Counted from the first letter of the stretch, positions 50,990 to 59,190 are shown. The stretch: DNA of 64,000 nucleotides from Vicinamibacterales bacterium (GCA_036507475.1 DATCJA010000021.1:9402-73401); one strand, 5' to 3'. Numbers and translations are program-made. The notes: generated by a model not told the origin, from the letters alone.

Positions 50990-51181
50990 ATAGTTCACAC
51001 GTGGGCCGCCATGCCGTGGCGGTTGCTTCAGCGTCCTACATCTGCCGGAGCGTTGTCTGTGCGGTTATGCACATAGGGTGACCGCTGCAGCTGTGATATG
51101 TTGCCTACATCTTTCCTGACGTTCCTGCCCAATTCGGACAGTAGCCTCACTAAAGCCACCGTTCCAATACCGCGAGGTTAC

Positions 51182-51376
51182 ATGGCGGCCGAGTTGTCAT
51201 CTCACGCGTTTTCTCGATCACCGAAACGGTCCGGACGCTGCCCGCGCTGTCGAGCGGCATCTGGTAGTGTGACGTTGCTCACATCATTGGTCTGCTATTT
51301 CGCCTGCGATGGCTGCGGCCACCGTTGGCAGTCACCGGTGACGGTCGAGGCCGAGGTGCAGCGATGCAGCCCGTAA
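51182..51376 (+). CDS. Mini zinc-ribbon protein A (64 aa)
   Basis: CPRC-x18-CDGCGHRW. GAGG lies 5 nt upstream of ATG 51182. Confidence 0.5.
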   Translation: MAAELSSHAFSRSPKRSGRCPRCRAASGSVTLLTSLVCYFACDGCGHRWQSPVTVEAEVQRCSP

Positions 51377-51531
51377 GCCAGGAACCGCCACAGCGACCCG
51401 CTGCGTGCCCCTCGTGCGGCTCGAAGGCTGTCGGTACGCTCGCGAAAGTAATCACCATCGATACGGCGTGGCGGTGCCAGGCCTGCGGTGAGGTCTGGAA
51501 GGTGGCCAAGCCAGCCCCGTCGTCCTGGTGA
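51364..51531 (+). CDS. Mini zinc-ribbon protein B (55 aa)
   Basis: CPSC-x19-CQACGEVW. GAGGTG lies 6 nt upstream of ATG 51364. It overlaps the end of gene A by 13 nt. Confidence 0.5.
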   Translation: MQPVSQEPPQRPAACPSCGSKAVGTLAKVITIDTAWRCQACGEVWKVAKPAPSSW

Positions 51532-51572
51532 GGGCTCGGTCCCTGGACGATCCTGACGATCCTTGAATCGTT

Positions 51573-51881
51573 TCAGCGGGCGGCGGGCAGCCTGGCTGCC
51601 TCGGACAATTCCTCCGGCCGTCTCAAGTCAGTGCCACCCACGGGAGTGTGACGCACCTCTTCGTGCTCGAGGGCCCACGAGGTAAATGCGGCGGCCGTGG
51701 CCAACCGGAGATCGTCCCATCGCTGCCCGCAGCGGGCACACTGCCATCCGGCGCCCGTGCTGAGCGCGCCATCGGTCAGCGCCAGGGCGGCCGTACTACA
51801 CAAAGGGCACGTCGGGAACCGCGGGCGTTCCGGTGCGGCGTCGAGCATCGTGATCGACGGGCGGGCGCGATCTGGAAGCAT
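51573..51881 (-). CDS. Mini zinc-ribbon protein C (102 aa, with a C-terminal extension)
   Basis: CPLC-x19-CARCGQRW. AAGAGG lies 7 nt upstream of ATG 51881. Confidence 0.5.
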   Translation of the reverse strand: MLPDRARPSITMLDAAPERPRFPTCPLCSTAALALTDGALSTGAGWQCARCGQRWDDLRLATAAAFTSWALEHEEVRHTPVGGTDLRRPEELSEAARLPAAR

Positions 51882-51980
51882 GAAGACCTCTTTCCGATGA
51901 CGGCTGTTGGCGTCTTGCTTCAGGGACATGTCATGCACGCCTATCTGTCGCGCGACACCGATGAGGACTGACATACGGGA

Positions 51981-52008
51981 GGGCTCAGGGCTCAGGGCTC
52001 AGGGCTCA
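51981..52008. repeat. Heptamer tandem repeat GGGCTCA x4
   Basis: Four perfect units plus flanking partial units, in the divergent region between zinc-ribbon genes C and D. Confidence 0.9.
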
Positions 52009-52195
52009 GGACGCAGTGTGTAGAGTGTACGCCTACGGAGAAACGATTGATGTTCACTTGTGGACAGTCCGGATACCGAAAACGAATAGAAGGCCGGAGC
52101 CAGGAATATCGCGTACACTGATTAGTACCTTCCTTGAGCATCCGCGTGTCGTGGGTTTCTCATTCAAGGCATCCCAGCCAGAGAGAGAGCCACTC

Positions 52196-52408
52196 ATGCA
52201 GCCCCGACGAAACGACAGTCCTCTCCCTGACCCGTTTGATCCCTGGCGCAGGGGACGATGCCCGCGGTGCGAGCGTGCGGCGGCCCGGCCGCTGCAGCGT
52301 GCAAGTGTCGCTGATGCGTTGTGGTGTGAGTGTCGCACCTGCGGGCACATGTGGCTGGCTGCACACGCTGACCAGACCCCGCACACGCAACTGTACGGAA
52401 GATCGTGA
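52196..52408 (+). CDS. Mini zinc-ribbon protein D (70 aa)
   Basis: CPRC-x20-CRTCGHMW. It starts MQP like protein B. A purine-rich GAGAGAGAG lies upstream of ATG 52196. Confidence 0.5.
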   Translation: MQPRRNDSPLPDPFDPWRRGRCPRCERAAARPLQRASVADALWCECRTCGHMWLAAHADQTPHTQLYGRS

Positions 52409-52466
52409 ACGTCACGACGTCTGCCTTGATGGACGTCACTCGACTCGACTGCCGGAGTCGCGCTTG

Positions 52467-52712
52467 ATGCGCCGCCAGATCTTCACCGCACGTCCCACGC
52501 GCGGCGACTACATCCTCGGCTCAACGGGCGTGTCATGGCACGTTGATCGTACTAACGGGGACGGCGCGGTGATGAGGATTTCAGCCGGCGAGCGCAATAG
52601 GAAGATTGCCCTTGCGTCGCTCCTGTCGTTGGCGGAAGGCGACAAGGCGGATGCGTGGGAACCTTTCGGGAACAATTCCTACCGGCTGATCGAACGGCAT
52701 CGCCCGCGCTAA
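52467..52712 (+). CDS. Hypothetical 81-aa protein
   Basis: ATG with GGAG about 10 nt upstream. A terminator-like hairpin follows at 52763-52790. No recognisable family. Confidence 0.3.
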   Translation: MRRQIFTARPTRGDYILGSTGVSWHVDRTNGDGAVMRISAGERNRKIALASLLSLAEGDKADAWEPFGNNSYRLIERHRPR

Positions 52713-52762
52713 TTTTAACGGTCGCCGGCGTATCGACCCGATCGGTCGGGCGCATGGCTGCA

Positions 52763-52790
52763 GGCACGGCGTTTCCCGGTGCCTTTTGCT
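52763..52790 (+). terminator. Rho-independent terminator candidate
   Basis: GGCACGG...CCGGTGCC stem followed by TTTTGCTT. Confidence 0.4.
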
Positions 52791-52831
52791 TCCGGCCGTA
52801 AGTATTCGCCATTCATTGACGGCACTCTTAT

Positions 52832-52857
52832 CGAGGCGGGACGCCAGTCCCGCCTCG
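52832..52857 (-). terminator. GC-rich hairpin 15 nt downstream of the RRM gene stop
   Basis: A perfect 11-bp stem CGAGGCGGGAC/GTCCCGCCTCG with a 4-nt loop. There is no clear U-tract. Confidence 0.4.
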
Positions 52858-52872
52858 ACAGGATCGTGAGGC

Positions 52873-53184
52873 CTACCAGCGAGACCCGGAGTGGCGTCGA
52901 TGTGACTCATCGCCATCGGATCGGCCGACGTATGCCAGCTTTGGACGCGCCTCGTTGACGGTGAGGCCGCGGCCCCCGAGTTGATACGCGTTCAACTCGC
53001 TGATGGCTTTCTGGGCCTCCTCGTCCGTGCTCATCTCGACGAACGCGAAGCCGCGCGCGCGTCCTGTGGCGTTGTCGCGCACGACGTTCACCGATTCAAC
53101 GGTACCGGTGCGCGCGAAGAGCTCCTGGAGCTCAGTTTCCGCGGTTTCGTAGGGAATGTTGCCAACGTACAATTTTCGACTCAT
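52873..53184 (-). CDS. RRM-type (RNP-1) RNA-binding protein
   Basis: KLYVGNIPY (RNP2) and RGFAFVEM (RNP1). Confidence 0.9.
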   Translation of the reverse strand: MSRKLYVGNIPYETAETELQELFARTGTVESVNVVRDNATGRARGFAFVEMSTDEEAQKAISELNAYQLGGRGLTVNEARPKLAYVGRSDGDESHRRHSGSRW

Positions 53185-53509
53185 GAACTGACTCCTCTGT
53201 CGCAGAATGTGACCACTCTCGATCGTCCAAGATGGACGTCGAGTGGGATTTCGTCTCGTAGCTAGGCTGAACTTCAGGAGGAGCGAGTCAGGAGAGGCTC
53301 GTTACGCCCAGAGGCGGCACACCACGTGGCAAGATCCGACGCGCGATGATACCACGGACGGCGAGAGTGCGAGCGCTGGCACGACGCGTACCTTGACCAC
53401 ACCAGGGCGTCGCCCAATGCAGATTGCAGGCAGAGTCGTTGCGCCGGAAGTGGGCCGCGCTACGGAGTTGCACTGATTCAGCATTTACAGCAGGCTCCGC
53501 GAACCTGCG

Positions 53510-54217
53510 ATGGCCGAGGAAGACCCGACAGAAGTCGCCCGATGGGCGTCGGACGAGGCACGGCGCGAATACCGCCGCGACCGCGAAGTGCAGATCGCGG
53601 CGCAGATGACGGTGCGCCGTCGCGTTGCCGCCGAGCTCGTCACGCTGGATTCACCGCTGATGCGACTCGCACTGCACCCGCACGTCGTCGCAGCCGCGAC
53701 CCGGTATCTCGGAGTCGTCCCGATTCTTCAGTTCGTGAACGTCTATTTCTCACGCGACTCGGGCGAGGAACTCAGCAAGAGTCAGCTGTATCACTGCGGC
53801 AGCGATGATGTCGAGCAAGTAAAGGTCTGGGTCCTGGCCGAACCCGTGACGCCAGACACAGGACCACTCACATTGTTGTCAGCGGCTGAATCAGATCTCG
53901 TTCGAAAGACGGTCGGCTATCAGTACGACATGCTCCTGAACGACGAACAGGTGTCGGAAATACTCGGCGAGGTGCACGTACAGCATCAATTCCTCGGATC
54001 GTCTGGCACTGTCGGTTTCATCGATACCAGCCCGTGCTTTCACTTCGGCAGCCGGTTCATTGATCCAACGGCGACGCGCCTGATTGTGATGCTCCAGTAC
54101 ATCACGCCGCTGTCCGTTATCCTGCCGCCGGAATACTGGGAGCACGCGCGATACCGGGAGTTCGGACGAACGCCGGGTCTGGATGACATTTCTCAAATGA
54201 TCCTTGGGACGATTTGA
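53510..54217 (+). CDS. Hypothetical protein with a PhyH-like Fe(II)/2-oxoglutarate oxygenase pattern
   Basis: LYHCGSDD...VKVWVLAEPVTPDTGPLTLL and CFHFGSRFIDPTATRLIVMLQY resemble the HxD, distal His and Arg blocks of phytanoyl-CoA-dioxygenase-type folds. The first motif reads H-C-G. Confidence 0.45.
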   Translation: MAEEDPTEVARWASDEARREYRRDREVQIAAQMTVRRRVAAELVTLDSPLMRLALHPHVVAAATRYLGVVPILQFVNVYFSRDSGEELSKSQLYHCGSDDVEQVKVWVLAEPVTPDTGPLTLLSAAESDLVRKTVGYQYDMLLNDEQVSEILGEVHVQHQFLGSSGTVGFIDTSPCFHFGSRFIDPTATRLIVMLQYITPLSVILPPEYWEHARYREFGRTPGLDDISQMILGTI

Positions 54218-54331
54218 CCGCAAGCGCCCCACGCGCGAGCGGACGACGCTGGCCCCTATGATCATCTCGGCCGTCGGCGACTCCTACACTCCGGTTTGAA
54301 GTCCACCGCTATTGCAGCCTGACGCGCAGGT

Positions 54332-54694
54332 CTAAGCGCCGAACTGCCGAAGGTGGTGATCCGTGTGAAGGTAGGCCCACCTGAGCCCGGCCTTCTGCGA
54401 CATTCGCCCGAAGATCGGATGTGCTGGGCAAGTGGTCCTGCCCTGCGCGGCCATGAGATCCAGTAGCGATTCGACCTGGGCGACGTCGCTGGCGAACTCC
54501 GTCGGCTTCGTACCGCCGGCCTCCTGATCGATCTCTGGCCGCGTGAGGATTCCGGAAGGCCATGGCACCGGAAGGTTCAGCGCCATCCACTTGACGATCG
54601 TCCGTTGCAGAAGGCCTGTGGCGGGGCTCACAGATCGGGAGTGCAGCAATTCCCACGCTGGCGCCGCGGCGGGTGAGTATTGATTCGAACCTAT
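54332..54694 (-). pseudogene. DUF1569/DinB-like protein, apparently 5'-truncated
   Basis: The C-terminal HPIFGRMSQKAGLRWAYLHTDHHLRQFG is the DUF1569 signature. The in-frame ORF is closed by a stop at 54695-54697, and only a TTG start (54649) is available. Confidence 0.45.
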
Positions 54695-54822
54695 TCACAA
54701 AGCCAGAAGCGGAGCAGACGAATCAAACTGACACCAGAACTGCCCCCGGGAGGTTGGCGTCACTGAAGCCGCAGAGCGGGAGCGTCGATTAACCTCTTTT
54801 GGTCGAGTAACATACCGTCCAC

Positions 54823-54899
54823 GCGCCCGTAGCTCAGTTGGATAGAGCACCGGCCTTCTAAGCCGGGGGTCGCAGGTTCGAGTCCTGCCGGGCGCGCCA
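54823..54899 (+). tRNA. tRNA-Arg (UCU)
   Basis: GCGCCCGTAGCTCAGTTGGATAGAGC..., anticodon stem CCGGC/GCCGG with loop CTTCTAA, T-arm GCAGGTTCGAGTCCTGC. CCA is encoded. Confidence 0.95.
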
Positions 54900-54997
54900 A
54901 CTCACTTCGTGAGTTGGCCACGCCTACCAGCCCTCGGGAAGTGCGGCGACTCGCGTTCGCTCGTCGCCAACGGTTCCGAGCCCTCCGGGCGCGCCAA
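54854..54997 (+). repeat. att-like block, copy 1: tRNA-Arg 3' half, a ~70-nt spacer, and a second T-arm/acceptor fragment
   Basis: 54854-54899 is identical (46/46) to 58812-58857. The downstream ~95 nt, including the hairpin CCAACTCAC-TTCG-TGAGTTGG and GGTTCCGAGCCCTCCGGGCGCGCC, is about 80 percent similar to 58858-58954. Confidence 0.85.
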
Positions 54998-55100
54998 TAT
55001 TTTCGGAATCATTCAGGACATCAACGGATCGGGCTTCCGTCAGGGTCCTTCACACCCCTTCGGGCTCCGTCATAGGCAGCCGCAAGAAGGGTGAGACGCT

Positions 55101-55271
55101 ATGCCGAGCGTTTATGTGGTCCGCGAGAACGGATCAACCGAGGAGATGTCTCGCGTCCGGTGCAAGGATGAAGATCGCGAGCTGCAGCGCATCCTTGAAG
55201 GGAATGCGGATCTCCTTCCGCGAGACCAGATCGATCCAGACGATCCGAGGCGCCGCATACGGTCGTCATAG
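55101..55271 (+). pseudogene. N-terminal remnant (56 codons) of a nuclease-family gene (NucS/DUF91-like N-terminus, recalled pattern)
   Basis: MPSVYVVRENGSTEEMSRVRCKDEDRELQRILEGNADLLPRDQIDPDDPRR, followed by a premature stop. It is not in the ORF track because it is under 60 aa. Confidence 0.3.
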
Positions 55272-55440
55272 CCCCGATCTCCCCCGGGGATTGGTCATGA
55301 GCGAGGGTCTCGGACCTCGAAGACCCCTTGGACGTCCTATCCGCGATCGGAATGCCTCACTCGCAGGATCCCTTGCGGCGAACATTCGACGCGCATTGGC
55401 TGGCTACGCGGCGCGCACGAACGCTACCTAGGTGCGCAAC

Positions 55441-55460
55441 TTGAGACCGCCGGGCGCGCC
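55441..55460 (+). repeat. Degenerate extra copy of the tRNA-Arg T-arm/acceptor 3' segment
   Basis: TTGAGACCGCCGGGCGCGCC compared with the tRNA's TTCGAGTCCTGCCGGGCGCGCC. Confidence 0.5.
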
Positions 55461-55606
55461 CCGGAATCGACCGTCATAAAGGCCAAGACCCAAGCGTGCC
55501 CGACAGCATCTGGAAGCGCTGCTTGAGCACCAGCTGACTCACGGGTCGGATTCCATCCGTGCAACAACGTCAGGTTCGACTACACTGAAGCGCAAAGGAG
55601 AGCGCG

Positions 55607-56650
55607 ATGGGTAGCAGTGCGACAACGAGGATCCTGGTTGGCGTGGCCGCAGTGCTGATCATGGCTTCAGAGGCCGTGGGCCAGGAGGCGGCATCGCGCC
55701 GGTCCATTGAGCCGGTCAGCGGCGGCGTCTACACGGCGACCAACAACAACCACCGTACCGTGTTCCTGGTCACCTCAGAGGGCATCGTTCTGGCGGACCC
55801 GATCAACGCCGACTTCTCGAGATGGCTCAAGGGGGAGCTCGCCGCACGTTTCAAGGTTCCGGTCAGATACGTCGTCTACAGCCACCACCATTGGGACCAT
55901 GCCTCCGGCGGGGACGTCTTCGCGGACACGGCCCGGTTCGTCGGCCATGCCAACATGCTCACGCACCTGGCGATGCCGCCACCGTCCACCAAGCTCACGC
56001 AGGTGGTCGGGGACTTTGCGCCGGTGGCCAAGCTCGATGCGAATGGCAACGGCGTGGTTGAAAGGGCCGAAGCGCCGGCGAACGTCCCTTTCGACGCGTA
56101 CGACGCGAACCGCGACGGCGTGCTCAGCGGCGCGGAGGTCATGCGCGGACCCGTGAGCTTCGTCCGCCCTCCGGACGTCACGTACAAGGACAAGCATCAG
56201 ATCCGCCTGGGCGGCAAACGGGTGGAGCTGAGCTGGGTCGGCGAGATGAATCACTCGATGGACTCGAGCCTCATTACGTTTCCCGACGACGGCGTGCTGT
56301 TCCTCGTCGACTTCGTATCGTTCCGCCGGCTGCCGAACCGGGAGATGGACTACGAGCTCGGGCACTACAAAGGATGGAGAACCGCGATCCGAAACGCGGA
56401 GAAGCTGGCCGCCGGTTTCAAGTTCGTGGTTCCGGGCCATGGACCCGTGGGCACGGTGAAAGACGTCACCGCGTGGCGCGTGTACTTCGACAAGCTCCAG
56501 GACGCGGTCGCCGCCGGCCTTGCCAAGGGCCAGACGCTGGAACAGATGCAGCAAAACATCAAGATGTCGGAGTACAGCCAGTGGGAAGGGTTCGATTGGG
56601 TCCCGCTGAACGTTCTCGCGATGTACCACTTCCTCACCGACACACCGTAG
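55607..56650 (+). CDS. Secreted MBL-fold metallo-hydrolase carrying two EF-hand calcium-binding loops
   Basis: YSHHHWDHASGG (HxHxDH). The inserted DANGNGVVERAE and DANRDGVLSGAE fit the 12-residue EF-hand loop consensus. A later PGHGP block is present. Confidence 0.75.
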   Translation: MGSSATTRILVGVAAVLIMASEAVGQEAASRRSIEPVSGGVYTATNNNHRTVFLVTSEGIVLADPINADFSRWLKGELAARFKVPVRYVVYSHHHWDHASGGDVFADTARFVGHANMLTHLAMPPPSTKLTQVVGDFAPVAKLDANGNGVVERAEAPANVPFDAYDANRDGVLSGAEVMRGPVSFVRPPDVTYKDKHQIRLGGKRVELSWVGEMNHSMDSSLITFPDDGVLFLVDFVSFRRLPNREMDYELGHYKGWRTAIRNAEKLAAGFKFVVPGHGPVGTVKDVTAWRVYFDKLQDAVAAGLAKGQTLEQMQQNIKMSEYSQWEGFDWVPLNVLAMYHFLTDTP

Positions 56651-56798
56651 GCCGGCGTTGGTGCACGGTTCTTACGCCCTGCCCCCTTTGTTATCGACTG
56701 CTGGCTCGCCCCCGGGTGGCGCTGACGACACAATGAGAAGATGAAGTCGCGGGTCCATCCAAAATTCAAGACGAGGTATCACGTTGGTCGCCGCTCCA

Positions 56799-57710
56799 TC
56801 ATGGGAGCGTCCCCTTCAGTTCTTTATACATTCGTCGCAGAACAACTTCCCTCTGCGCGGCGAATGCATACAGCTTCGCGTACTGATCGAGCTTGACCGC
56901 GGCGACTGCCTGATCTTCACTCGCGCCCCGCGCAATCTCATTTTGGAGTCCGTCTCGTGCTTCCACGAGGATTTGCCGCATGCGGTCGAGCGCCGCTCGA
57001 GTCTGCTTCGGATCTTCAGGGATTGGCCCATGACCCGGTATGAAGATCTCGGCGTCGAGCGCCTTCACGGCATCCAGCACCCGAATCCACGAGACGCCAT
57101 AGCCCCCTGCCATATTCGGAAATTCTTCGTTAAAGAACACCTCGCTCAGGTACGCGATCCGGTCTTGGGGAACGAACAGGATAGCGTCCCCTTTCGTGTG
57201 CGCGGAGCCGAAATAGAGAATCTGAATCTCCTTGCCGCCGAGGTGCAACGTCATTCGATCGCGAAACGTCGCGTTCGGCATCCGCGCGCGCTGCTCTTCG
57301 TCCGGCAGGCGGCCGCGCTGCATCTGGTCGAGCAAGCCGGCACGGTAGGTTTCGTGCCCGATCTTGAACACATCAGCGTAGACGATATTTCCCTTGCTGA
57401 ACGGATCGTGAAACACAGAGGAGACCAGATAGCGAACGGGCTGTTTGACGACGTCGGCAATCGCTTGCCGCTCGGCGCGCGCGATCGCTTCCGAGTCCAG
57501 AGCGTCGAAGACCACCACGCCCTCGCTCGTGGCGACGACACCGCTATTGAAAAGTCTGCCTTCGTTGTTCGTCGTGAACACGTAGTGACCGGGAATGATC
57601 TGCCTCAAGCTTCCCGGATTCGCCGCCCGATCAGCGGACGGCGCCTGCGAAGCGGTAGCGGTCTGCAGCGCAAGGAAGAGCACAGTGATGGTCGCAAGCT
57701 TGGTCATCAT
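56799..57710 (-). CDS. Secreted MBL-fold protein with a degenerate metal-binding motif
   Basis: Signal MMTKLATITVLFLALQTATA. It is paralogous to 55607-56650, but the HxHxDH position reads SSVFHDPF. SAHTKGD and PGHGP are retained. Confidence 0.7.
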   Translation of the reverse strand: MMTKLATITVLFLALQTATASQAPSADRAANPGSLRQIIPGHYVFTTNNEGRLFNSGVVATSEGVVVFDALDSEAIARAERQAIADVVKQPVRYLVSSVFHDPFSKGNIVYADVFKIGHETYRAGLLDQMQRGRLPDEEQRARMPNATFRDRMTLHLGGKEIQILYFGSAHTKGDAILFVPQDRIAYLSEVFFNEEFPNMAGGYGVSWIRVLDAVKALDAEIFIPGHGPIPEDPKQTRAALDRMRQILVEARDGLQNEIARGASEDQAVAAVKLDQYAKLYAFAAQREVVLRRMYKELKGTLP

Positions 57711-57777
57711 GGGCGTTATGCTAACGCCAAAACGGTCCAGCAAGATTCGCTCTTCGCGCAGGCGGTATGATTGACGC

Positions 57778-58440
57778 ATGTCGACGACACCCATGTCTCC
57801 GAACGGCCGGGTTGTGATTCCGCGTCGTCTGCGAGAGAAGCGCCGCCAGACACTTCTGCTCCTGTGTGTGCCCTTCCTGTGCGTGGCCGGCTGCACTCCC
57901 TCGCCAGGCAATCCGAAAATCCCGGCTGGCGCCACCAGCTCCGGTGGCAAGCATGCGGTCATCGAAACCGAGAAAGGCGCGATCGAGATGGAATTGTTCG
58001 AGGCGGACGCCCCGAAAGCTGTCGAGAATTTCAGGTTGCTGGCCGAGCACGGCTACTACGATGGCCTGACGTTCCACCGCGTCGTGAAAGGATTCATGAT
58101 CCAAGGCGGCGATCCCTCGGGCGACGGCACCGGCGGACAGAGTGCGTGGGGAGATCCCTTCGCTGACGAGATCAACCCGCAGTCGGTTCTCTACGTCGCC
58201 GGCTACCGCCGCGGCTTCGTGGCGATGGCCAACGCCGGCCCCAATACCAATGGCAGCCAGTTCTTCATTCTTCAGGAGGATTATCCGCTCCCGCCCAACT
58301 ACGTGATTTTCGCGAAGGTCACAGGAGGCCTCGAAGTGGTCGACGCGCTCGCCAACACGCCGACAACCATGGGCCCTGGCGGCGAAGTGAGCCGGCCGGT
58401 TGCACCGCTCACGATGAAGAAGGTCACGATTCGTCCCTAA
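57778..58440 (+). CDS. Cyclophilin-type peptidyl-prolyl cis-trans isomerase, lipoprotein-like leader
   Basis: Lipobox-like FLCVAGC. NFRLLAEHGYYDGLTFHRVVKGFMIQGGDP...GPNTNGSQFFI is the cyclophilin signature. Confidence 0.9.
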   Translation: MSTTPMSPNGRVVIPRRLREKRRQTLLLLCVPFLCVAGCTPSPGNPKIPAGATSSGGKHAVIETEKGAIEMELFEADAPKAVENFRLLAEHGYYDGLTFHRVVKGFMIQGGDPSGDGTGGQSAWGDPFADEINPQSVLYVAGYRRGFVAMANAGPNTNGSQFFILQEDYPLPPNYVIFAKVTGGLEVVDALANTPTTMGPGGEVSRPVAPLTMKKVTIRP

Positions 58441-58811
58441 TCGGCAGCGCGCTTCGGTTCCTCCACCCATGCGACCTTCCCAGCCTCGGCGAAGGCCACG
58501 AAAACAGGCCGCAGGGCACTGTCAACTTGTTGAGGGCAGCACGCTCTTGTCGCGTGCAATCGACGACCCGTGCGCTGTCAGCAGGCGCACGTCACCCGTA
58601 ATATCCCACAATTCAGCTGAGTCTATCAGGCCGCGCGCTCATAGGAGTTGAGCAACCCACACAGCCGCAGGCGGCGTTGCACGTGGTGGCGGGGCGTGAA
58701 TTGTCGAGTTCTTCGACATCAACACGAACTCACAACGGACTCGCGTGGCACGACCGCGTGGCAGGCTTTGCAACCGATTGCCTTGGGCGTACTTAGCTCA
58801 CAGGAATTTGC

Positions 58812-58954
58812 CCTTCTAAGCCGGGGGTCGCAGGTTCGAGTCCTGCCGGGCGCGCCAACTCACATCGTGAGTTGGCGGCGTCCGCCAGGCCTCGCGGGAA
58901 GCGCCGCAACTCGCATTCGCTCGTCGCGAGCGGTTCCGAGTCCTGCCGGGCGCG
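58812..58954 (+). repeat. att-like block, copy 2: displaced tRNA-Arg 3' half plus flank
   Basis: See copy 1. It begins exactly in the anticodon loop (CCTTCTAAG...) and contains no 5' half of a tRNA. Confidence 0.85.
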
Positions 58955-59117
58955 TAGGCTGCGGCGCATCCGACGCACGCGTCGTCTGACGCAGACACAG
59001 CTGGCCACGACGATCGGGGCAGCTGGCAAGGCCGTCATCTATCAATGGGAATCCGAGGAGCGCCGACCGTCACCAGTACTCTGGAAAGCAATCGAACGCC
59101 TTTTCCAAAAGAAATAG
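58872..59117 (+). CDS. XRE-family HTH protein with an uncertain start
   Basis: LRRIRRTRRLTQTQLATTIGAAGKAVIYQWESEERRPS is a Cro/C1-type HTH. The only upstream in-frame start is TTG 58872, inside the att-like repeat. The HTH begins right at the repeat boundary (about 58955). Confidence 0.5.
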   Translation: MAASARPRGKRRNSHSLVASGSESCRARRLRRIRRTRRLTQTQLATTIGAAGKAVIYQWESEERRPSPVLWKAIERLFQKK

Positions 59118-59190
59118 CTGCGAAGGTCTTGATCGCTGATTCTGCGCGAAGCACTCGGGTTACTGGACAGGTCGCTTGACTCAGCTGCCT

